Shown here: positions 34,985 to 41,448 of the stretch, one piece after another
Position numbering within the stretch: the stretch's first letter is position 1
Layout of the letters: every line of letters begins with the position of its first letter
NCBI GenBank assembly: GCA_038065735.1
Contig: JBBTQK010000005.1
Location: 363-64,362, forward strand
Length of the DNA stretch: 64,000 nt
Direction: 5' to 3'
Source: Patescibacteria group bacterium
Lineage (GTDB): Bacteria > Patescibacteriota > Gracilibacteria > UBA1369 > LOWO2-01-FULL-3
Translations under genes and position numbers: made by a program
Notes under the pieces: generated by a model
Databases searched by the model: none
Told to the model about the DNA's origin: nothing
The model's input: the letters and a program-made list of their open reading frames with translations, nothing else

Positions 34985-36781
34985 TTATTTTTGATGTGCA
35001 ACATAAAAGTCGGAGTGTCCCGGATCGTTCTTGGGTTTTCTTTTATAGGCATTTATAACCAGATTATCATAAGCATTTATTAATGCACTATTGGCTTCTA
35101 ATATTTTTTCTACATCTTCCATGGTTTTTATATCTTCAGGATTTTTTAATGGAATAAAAGATGGTAAATTTGCGAATCCACTATCATCTACTGCACCTGC
35201 GCCTTTAGAATCGCTATAATCTAGAATAATTCTTCTTTTGTGCTCTAACTTGGTCAAGCCACTAGTGAAACCTTCTAGGCAACGTCCTATCAGACCACCT
35301 TGTACAGTGATGTCGCTATTCTTTGGGATAAGTCTATCTATTGTTACTGAGTCACGTTCCATCATATCACCGGATTCTTTTGTATTGGTTTGAAGGTAGA
35401 AAACGTTGCCTTTGCCCTGATTGAAATCACTCATAACATTATAAAAATCTCCTTCAGCCTGGGGATCACTTGCATAAACCTTTTGTAAGGCAAAAATAAC
35501 GACATTTTTTGGAGAAGAGATAAGCTCTTTATACCTTTTAAATTCTCTTATTTCTCTAATTAAACCGAGTGCCTCGGCACCTTTTAAGCCTGTTTTTGAG
35601 GTCATTGTTTTTTGTACTAAGTTTCGCATTTGTACAATGAAACTAGCTTCAAACATTTTTTCTACATTTCCGCCGTATTTTTTGAGCTGGTCTTTGTCCT
35701 GGGCCCCTGCTCGTGGTCCATAAAAAGGGTGTACAATAAAATACACTGATTTTCCTTTAAAAGTCTCGGGGGTTGCTTCATATAGTGAGGGTATGGAGAG
35801 GTCTTTGTTTTCCGGGCTTGCTTTGATCCTTTCTTGAGCAAGTTTTTTTGTCTTGGCATCAATAAATTTTGGATATGTCTTTAATAAATATTCACAGTCA
35901 GTGCCGCTGCCCATTTGTATTAAACAAGACGCAATTTTTTGTTTTTGCTCATCTGGCAAGTGTTTACTATTTAATATTTCGCTGAAAAAGAAACCGGAAG
36001 AAAATTGAGAGAATCCTTCATTCCAATCGCCTCCAAAACGTGAATCTTTGGGGTCTTTGCCGCTTTCATAAAGTGCATGATCTGTAGTATACGCGGTTAA
36101 ACCGCTAATCATGGTATTTTGTTGTTCTCTGTTTAAAGGTAATTTTGAGAGCAACAAGGTAAATAGATATGAATCCTCATATGGTGAACATTTGATTGCG
36201 TATTTATTAAGTCTTTCCTGTTGTTGTGGAGTTAAGGTGCAATATTCTGATAGGAAAAGGATTGCCGTAAAGAGGCTATTGTCTCCGGCGCTATCATCAG
36301 CAATGGCGTCAATATCCGCATCTGTAATAGTGAGCTTTGATATTGAGGCGAATTCAGGATTTTTTCTTCGTAGATCCTCAATTTTCAATTTGTGGTAAAT
36401 TTCTACTATTTTGGGGTTTGAAATTTTGTAAGTATCTTTTAGGGCAATCATTGCTTTGACGTTCTCTGTTTCAACAATAGCTGTTTTACTTAATTCTTGA
36501 TTTTTGATGTAACAGCTTAGTAAATCTCCAAGGTCTTGTATGTCATCCATTAGGTCATTGAGCGCGGCGAATTCCTCCTGCTCTTCTGTGGAAAGTTTTG
36601 GTTTGTACAGGAGAATTTCTCGACGTTGTCTAAGCTCCTTAATCTCTTTTATAATATTGCCAAGTTCAGCATCAATGGTTTTCTCAACTTCCTCGGAAAG
36701 TACATGCTTATCCACATCTTTTGCGATACTTTGAAACCGGGTTTCTATTTTTTCAAATTTTTGTTTTGGATTTTCTTCCAT
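34985..36781 (-). CDS. hypothetical 598-aa protein (orphan)
   Basis: Long clean ORF with a coiled-coil-like N-terminus. No motif recognised. Confidence 0.65.
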   Translation of the reverse strand: MEENPKQKFEKIETRFQSIAKDVDKHVLSEEVEKTIDAELGNIIKEIKELRQRREILLYKPKLSTEEQEEFAALNDLMDDIQDLGDLLSCYIKNQELSKTAIVETENVKAMIALKDTYKISNPKIVEIYHKLKIEDLRRKNPEFASISKLTITDADIDAIADDSAGDNSLFTAILFLSEYCTLTPQQQERLNKYAIKCSPYEDSYLFTLLLSKLPLNREQQNTMISGLTAYTTDHALYESGKDPKDSRFGGDWNEGFSQFSSGFFFSEILNSKHLPDEQKQKIASCLIQMGSGTDCEYLLKTYPKFIDAKTKKLAQERIKASPENKDLSIPSLYEATPETFKGKSVYFIVHPFYGPRAGAQDKDQLKKYGGNVEKMFEASFIVQMRNLVQKTMTSKTGLKGAEALGLIREIREFKRYKELISSPKNVVIFALQKVYASDPQAEGDFYNVMSDFNQGKGNVFYLQTNTKESGDMMERDSVTIDRLIPKNSDITVQGGLIGRCLEGFTSGLTKLEHKRRIILDYSDSKGAGAVDDSGFANLPSFIPLKNPEDIKTMEDVEKILEANSALINAYDNLVINAYKRKPKNDPGHSDFYVAHQK

Positions 36782-36782
36782 T

Positions 36783-36890
36783 TTATAATTTTTTTACTAA
36801 TTCACTTAGCAGATGCAGCTCTTTGGCTCTTGAGATTTTCTCCTTAATTTGCTTTATTTTTTGTTGAATTTTTTGTAATTCTGGATTCAT
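36783..36890 (-). CDS. possible 35-aa helical peptide coupled to the 598-aa gene
   Basis: MNPELQKIQQKIKQIKEKISRAKELHLLSELVKKL. Its TAA stop is 1 nt before the ATG at 36781. TGCTATAAT lies upstream at 36922-36930. Confidence 0.25.
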   Translation of the reverse strand: MNPELQKIQQKIKQIKEKISRAKELHLLSELVKKL

Positions 36891-36921
36891 AGATAACTCG
36901 AGGTTATTGGACTATCTGATA

Positions 36922-36930
36922 ATTATAGCA
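36922..36930 (-). promoter_or_regulatory. extended -10 element TGCTATAAT
   Basis: Read on the minus strand, about 30 nt upstream of the ATG at 36890. Confidence 0.4.
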
Positions 36931-37026
36931 TTTTCTGAGGTTTTTTTCTAGGATTGAAAGCTTAGAACTAGAAAAAGACAGCCTACTAAGCCAAGAAAAG
37001 GCCAATATGGAACAAATTCGTCTATC

Positions 37027-37082
37027 TTGGCCACGTTTGGCACAAATCTGCTGATCTGGCTGGCTAGTCGGGGCTAGTACCG
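37027..37082 (-). repeat. structured intergenic element, copy B
   Basis: TTGGCCACGTTTGGCACAAATCTGCTGATCTGGCTGGCTAGTCGGGGCTAGTACCG, with the hairpin at 37043-37058. It abuts the stop codon at 37085-37087. Confidence 0.8.
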
Positions 37083-37084
37083 TT

Positions 37085-38773
37085 TTATTTCACCAATTTT
37101 AAATATTCCTCTTCACACAAAATTCTTCCATCAAATTTTGATGGCCAGTTAGTTTTTATTTTTACTCCAGATTTTGAACAAACTGCATCACGTAACTCGC
37201 CATTAAACGGCATCCACGCAAAGTTATCCTGCAAACGATGAACATAATAATCGTGAGGTAGTGGGCCTTTAATTTTTTTTGCAAAATCAATATCTTTTTG
37301 AGTAACTTGAAAAGATCTCTTATATTTTTCATCCCAAAAAATCTGTTCAGCAAGCCACTTTTCTTTTTCAGAACTTAATTCATTGTAAGTATCAGGGATA
37401 GCATCAATTTCAGCAGTTTTCACATTTTTTCTTTCTACGGGTCCCCCTTCCCTAAATCCAAGATCCTTTGGCTTATCAAGAGGAAAATGGAATCCAGAAA
37501 AACTTTCCTCATAAGGGTTTGGAGCAAAGTAACCAGGGAAAAATTCTCCCCATTCAGCCTCCGTCGGCACTCCCTGCTGGTCGCCAGTTTTTTTAAGATG
37601 CTCAATTATTTTTTCACGCAAGATTTCATATTCTTTTTCGGAATATTGCTTATTGAAAATACAATATTTTTTATTTACCAAACCACAGCAGCCAAAACAA
37701 TACTGACAATTTTGAAGATAAGCCGAATATTCGATGAATTTACAGTGGGCAACGCTAAAAGAAAAAATTACATAGTAGGAAAAAACCGGTAGCGAAGTCA
37801 TGAAAGTAAGCTCACCGCCAACTGTTCCCAAGGAATCCAAAGTTACCTTAGCATCAGGTCCGGAAAAACAATCATTCGCAGAATTCTCATGTTTCGAAAG
37901 CAGATAGCAATTTTCACAGTCCTTGCTTTGCTTGATGAAATTACCTGAGGAATCTTCACATTGATCAATCTGCAAAGCTCTATGCCATGCAGTATTTGAC
38001 ATCATTTCACTGAAAAATTCTTTTGCCTTTTCGTAAGTTTTTCTAGATGTAAAATCCCACATAGTCTTTTGTTTCTCAAATTCTTCTTTTGAAAGTTGTT
38101 TATTCCCGAAACAATAGCTTTTGTTGCGAAGATTAAAGCAAAAAAGGCAATTGCTACAATCTCGACAGTCATACATAAAGGCGGAATCACTGACCGTTTT
38201 GCAATTCAACAAAAACAAACTATTAAAGCAATTAGAGGAATTTATCAGATCAAAACATAGTTCCGAATAGAAAGCGGAAACACCATAGTGGACATTTTTA
38301 CAATGATCGCATTCATAACAATAGGAACAATCTTCGCTATACTGGCCTGAATGGCAAAGATAACAATTTTTGCTGTAATACCAGTCATCGGTATATTCAC
38401 AATTTTGATTATTATTTTCAAAAACATGAGGTATTGGACATTTTTGAAACAACTCCCAAGCCTGATCAAAAAATGGCTGTGAAGGATCAAAGTCTCGAGA
38501 TGGGGGATTATTATTTTCAAACCATTCCTTTCTTTTCCAGACAGGATAAACGCAATCCGGACGGAAAACGGATATAATAGGCTCGCCGGTTTTGTCACAT
38601 TTTCTCTTATGTAAATTCCACTGAGGCCAAAATGCTCCAAGATATTGAAAACGATATTTTGGCAAAATCTTAGGCAAGCTATCTCCAAACCCAAATTTTT
38701 CCCTAAGAGTCATTTCATGCTCAGAAATCTCAAAATTTCGCCCAGAAATTTCACATTTAACTTCCATGCTCAA
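37085..38773 (-). CDS. Cys-rich hypothetical protein (562 aa)
   Basis: 31 Cys by hand count, mostly as [ND]-C in a central repeat-like zone (...SKNCYLCHSGQYSEDCSYCYECDHC...DCRDCSNCLFCFN...). C-x-x-[ST]-G motifs sit at both termini. Confidence 0.65.
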   Translation of the reverse strand: MSMEVKCEISGRNFEISEHEMTLREKFGFGDSLPKILPKYRFQYLGAFWPQWNLHKRKCDKTGEPIISVFRPDCVYPVWKRKEWFENNNPPSRDFDPSQPFFDQAWELFQKCPIPHVFENNNQNCEYTDDWYYSKNCYLCHSGQYSEDCSYCYECDHCKNVHYGVSAFYSELCFDLINSSNCFNSLFLLNCKTVSDSAFMYDCRDCSNCLFCFNLRNKSYCFGNKQLSKEEFEKQKTMWDFTSRKTYEKAKEFFSEMMSNTAWHRALQIDQCEDSSGNFIKQSKDCENCYLLSKHENSANDCFSGPDAKVTLDSLGTVGGELTFMTSLPVFSYYVIFSFSVAHCKFIEYSAYLQNCQYCFGCCGLVNKKYCIFNKQYSEKEYEILREKIIEHLKKTGDQQGVPTEAEWGEFFPGYFAPNPYEESFSGFHFPLDKPKDLGFREGGPVERKNVKTAEIDAIPDTYNELSSEKEKWLAEQIFWDEKYKRSFQVTQKDIDFAKKIKGPLPHDYYVHRLQDNFAWMPFNGELRDAVCSKSGVKIKTNWPSKFDGRILCEEEYLKLVK

Positions 38774-38818
38774 AAGGATACTTTAAACGTGGTTAGAAAT
38801 CAAAAAGCTAGATATCTC

Positions 38819-38923
38819 TTGGCCACGCTTGACACAAATCTGCTGATTTGGTCACGCTTGACACAGACTTGCTAGTCTGGCTGGCCAGTCGGGTCTAGTA
38901 CCCTTTCTGGACTAGTCAGGGTT
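38819..38923 (-). repeat. structured intergenic element, copy C (internally duplicated)
   Basis: Two hairpin units at 38835-38850 (CAAATC-TGCT-GATTTG) and 38864-38879 (CAGACT-TGCT-AGTCTG), followed by the common 3' part and a partial extra repeat. Confidence 0.8.
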
Positions 38924-38951
38924 ATTGTAGCATAACTAGAAAATGAGACAG
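38924..38951 (-). promoter_or_regulatory. candidate promoter CTGTCT-N16-(TGC)TACAAT upstream of copy C and the Cys-rich gene
   Basis: Minus-strand hexamers. The TGTCTCATTT -35 region is shared with the promoter at 40010-40038. Confidence 0.4.
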
Positions 38952-38964
38952 TAAAAAAGCATGT

Positions 38965-39780
38965 TCATTCCAGTTTTTTAGTAGTGGGATTTGAAAGAAG
39001 TGATTTCATTTGCATTATTGCAATCTCATTGAGCATAATCAGCCTTTTTTCTTGAGTGAGCCCTTGACGGATAAATTCGGCATTGAGTGACTCCATATTT
39101 GCGAGACAAACCAGCTGTGTAACATCTGCGCAATCGCGCATATTTGCCTTTGTGTCCGGATTCGCATCTCTCCATTCTTTGGATGTCACGCCAAAAAGTG
39201 CCATATTCAATACATCGGCTTCATTGGCATACACAAAATCTTTTTGTTTTTTTGTTATCAGCCTTGGAACAATATGCTCCTTGACAGCGTCGGTATGTAT
39301 TTTATAATTTATTTTAGTCAACATTCGCTTGGCATCCCAACCCAGATTCTTTCTCTCGCCTTCTTCCTCCTTTAATCTTTGGAATTCTTTGATGAGATAT
39401 AGTTTGAATTCCGGAGAAAGCCATGTTGCGAATTCAAAAGCGATATCTTTATGAGCAAAAGTGCCGCCATATCTTCCGGCGCTTGATTTAATACCAATGG
39501 CATTTGTTTTTTTAATCCACATCGACGAAGAAACGATAAAGCCGTTTGTTCCTGCCTCATTTTTAATCTTATGGAATTCAATAAGATTAAAATCAGGATT
39601 GTGTAGCTGTTCCCATGCCCCCATAAATTGAACGGTGTATTTGGTTGTAAGCCAATTTGATATAACCACTCCGCTATCATAGGTCTTATATTTGGCCATA
39701 TCAGTCAATGAAATGTAATCTCCATCATTCTGTGAGTGATATGCTATATTGATATTTTTGACGATTAGATCTTTTTTCAT
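38965..39780 (-). CDS. KilA-N domain protein
   Basis: ...DGDYISLTDMAKYK...WLTTKYTVQFMGAWEQLHNPDFN...GGTFAHKDIAFEFATWLSPEFKLYLIKEFQRLKE is typical of KilA-N. The start is moved to MKKDLIV because the longer ORF's ATG lies inside the promoter palindrome. Confidence 0.8.
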   Translation of the reverse strand: MKKDLIVKNINIAYHSQNDGDYISLTDMAKYKTYDSGVVISNWLTTKYTVQFMGAWEQLHNPDFNLIEFHKIKNEAGTNGFIVSSSMWIKKTNAIGIKSSAGRYGGTFAHKDIAFEFATWLSPEFKLYLIKEFQRLKEEEGERKNLGWDAKRMLTKINYKIHTDAVKEHIVPRLITKKQKDFVYANEADVLNMALFGVTSKEWRDANPDTKANMRDCADVTQLVCLANMESLNAEFIRQGLTQEKRLIMLNEIAIMQMKSLLSNPTTKKLE

Positions 39781-39807
39781 AGAAAGTAAAAAGTTCTTGA
39801 TACCCAC

Positions 39808-39836
39808 ATCGTAGGTGAGCATACGCTCACCGTCAA
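39808..39836 (-). promoter_or_regulatory. sigma70-like promoter TTGACG-N17-TACGAT with GGTGAGC-GTAT-GCTCACC palindrome in the spacer
   Basis: Read on the minus strand, about 28 nt upstream of the ATG at 39780. Same architecture as 28868-28896. Confidence 0.55.
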
Positions 39837-39932
39837 GGGAATCTTGATTTACATAGTTAAAATTAAAATTGCAAATTCAAAAACCGCTCGTCCTCCATAC
39901 GACAACGGATCAACAAGCTAGGCGTAATTTCA

Positions 39933-39988
39933 TTGGCCACGCTTGGCACAAATCTGCTGATTTGGCTGACTAGGCGGGTCTAGTAACT
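39933..39988 (-). repeat. structured intergenic element, copy D
   Basis: TTGGCCACGCTTGGCACAAATCTGCTGATTTGGCTGACTAGGCGGGTCTAGTAACTC, with the hairpin at 39949-39964. Confidence 0.8.
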
Positions 39989-40009
39989 CTTTGTGGCGAC
40001 CCTGGACTT

Positions 40010-40038
40010 ATTATACCTTTCGGCGTGAAATGAGACAA
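40010..40038 (-). promoter_or_regulatory. candidate promoter TTGTCT-N17-TATAAT upstream of copy D
   Basis: Minus-strand hexamers. The -35 region lies in a tandem AATGAGACA repeat (plus strand, 40028-40046). Confidence 0.4.
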
Positions 40039-40146
40039 ATGAGACATTATAAAAAGGGAAAAGAAGTGTCTCAAAAACTTGCAAATTAGCACTCAGTAGA
40101 ATAGAGTGACAGCCACTTAACAAACATACTACTTAATTACTAAATA

Positions 40147-41355
40147 ATGGACATTATACTAATAATTATTGCTGCACTACTGTTGGCAGGAGTTGGGTAC
40201 GCAATCTTCCTTATAAGAAATAAGGCAGATAATTCAAGTGAATTAATAGAACTAAAAGAGAATAACGCTAGATTAAACACTGAAAAATCACAGGCTGAGA
40301 ATAAAATAGGAGAACTTCAGGAGAAATTTGAAAATGAAAAAAGTGAAAAAGACCAATCTAATGGCAACAATAAACGAATGTATGTAGAAATTAGTGATTT
40401 GAAAAAAGATTTGCAAGTTAGTCAGGAAAAAGTCAGTGAATTAAAGAAAGAATTAACTACAATTAACACCAAGTCTGAACAAGAAAGAAAAGAGCATAAA
40501 GAAGAAATATCAAAACTAGAAAATGCACGGAAAAGTTTAGAAAAGGAACAAGATAGAGTCACCAATGAAGATGAAGAGAAGAAGGAAAAAGAGAAAAATG
40601 AAAGAGATAGGATATGGAATGAACACGAAGGGGAAGTAAAAAGAAGAATTAGCGATATTTGTAAATCCCCTGAATACGCCTTTCAGTATTATGACAATAC
40701 CAATTTACCGGAAGATTTTGATGGAAAATTGAAACCAGACTGCATGATAGAATTCTTAGGACGATATATTATTTTCGACCCAAAAACTTCTAGATCCGGT
40801 AATTTACAGACATATCTGGATGGACAGATTAAAAGTACTGTAGAAAAAATTAAAGAGTCCACACAAATAAACAAAACAATATTTTTTGTAGTCCCCACAG
40901 ATGCAGTAAGTTCATTAAAAAAACTGCAATATTATGAACAAGGATACACATTCCATATCATATCACCAGAAGCATTAGCACCAATAATATGGAGTTTTAA
41001 GGAGATATCAAAATATGAGTTTGCAGAAAAACTCGATCCACAAGAAAGAGAAAATATAATCAACTTGATCGCTGAATTCGATAACCATATCAATTTCAGA
41101 AATGCTGCAGACATACTACTGGCACAAACTGGAATAAATATCTTGCACAAAGCAAATCAGTTAGTACCAAACCTTGAAGAGGAAATTCAGCAAAAAAGAA
41201 ATAAAATTGGCTTAAGAAATTTGAAGCCAACAGATATAAAAAGATTGATGCTAAATAGAGATACTCAGCAAAGGGACATCGACAATATCGTTAATCCTAA
41301 ATCTGACATACCGAACGAAGTAATAGAAAGGGCCACAGAAATGATGAAGGAATAA
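40147..41355 (+). CDS. RmuC-like DNA recombination/nuclease protein (tentative)
   Basis: 402 aa with an N-terminal TM helix, a long coiled coil, then ...KLKPDCMIEFLGRYIIFDPKTS...TYL...IFFVVPTD.... This parallels the RmuC PD-(D/E)xK core (PD...viDaK...Y...lmFiP). Confidence 0.55.
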   Translation: MDIILIIIAALLLAGVGYAIFLIRNKADNSSELIELKENNARLNTEKSQAENKIGELQEKFENEKSEKDQSNGNNKRMYVEISDLKKDLQVSQEKVSELKKELTTINTKSEQERKEHKEEISKLENARKSLEKEQDRVTNEDEEKKEKEKNERDRIWNEHEGEVKRRISDICKSPEYAFQYYDNTNLPEDFDGKLKPDCMIEFLGRYIIFDPKTSRSGNLQTYLDGQIKSTVEKIKESTQINKTIFFVVPTDAVSSLKKLQYYEQGYTFHIISPEALAPIIWSFKEISKYEFAEKLDPQERENIINLIAEFDNHINFRNAADILLAQTGINILHKANQLVPNLEEEIQQKRNKIGLRNLKPTDIKRLMLNRDTQQRDIDNIVNPKSDIPNEVIERATEMMKE

Positions 41356-41448
41356 AAACCCCAAAAGTATATTTTACGCCTAGATTACAGTCTCACAAAA
41401 CTCTGTATGGACAAGCATCGTAATTATATAAATGTGAGGCTGTAATTT

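Noticed and set aside
36708-36716. Perfect DnaA-box consensus TTATCCACA.
   Set aside because: It is a single copy inside the 598-aa CDS, with no cluster and no adjacent dnaA or dnaN, so it is most likely chance.
37036-37052. Sigma54-like TGGCAC-N5-TGCT inside repeat copies B and D (plus strand).
   Set aside because: The GG-to-GC spacing is 9 nt, not the strictly conserved 10. Copies A and C read TTGACAC instead. No sigma54 or enhancer-binding protein is present in the window, and three of the four copies have no downstream plus-strand gene.
39781-39822. The longer KilA-N reading frame starting at 39822 (MLTYDVGIKNFLLS...).
   Set aside because: That ATG lies inside the promoter-spacer palindrome (GTATGCTCACC). 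The conserved KilA-N homology begins after the internal MKKDLIV start at 39780.
34859-39988. The four repeats read as a CRISPR array or as integron attC sites.
   Set aside because: Spacing is 1-2 kb with full genes in between, so it is not CRISPR-like, and no cas genes are present. For attC, I could not find R''/R' (RYYYAAC/GTTRRRY) cores or an IntI gene. Only the cassette-like geometry is retained, as a low-confidence hypothesis.
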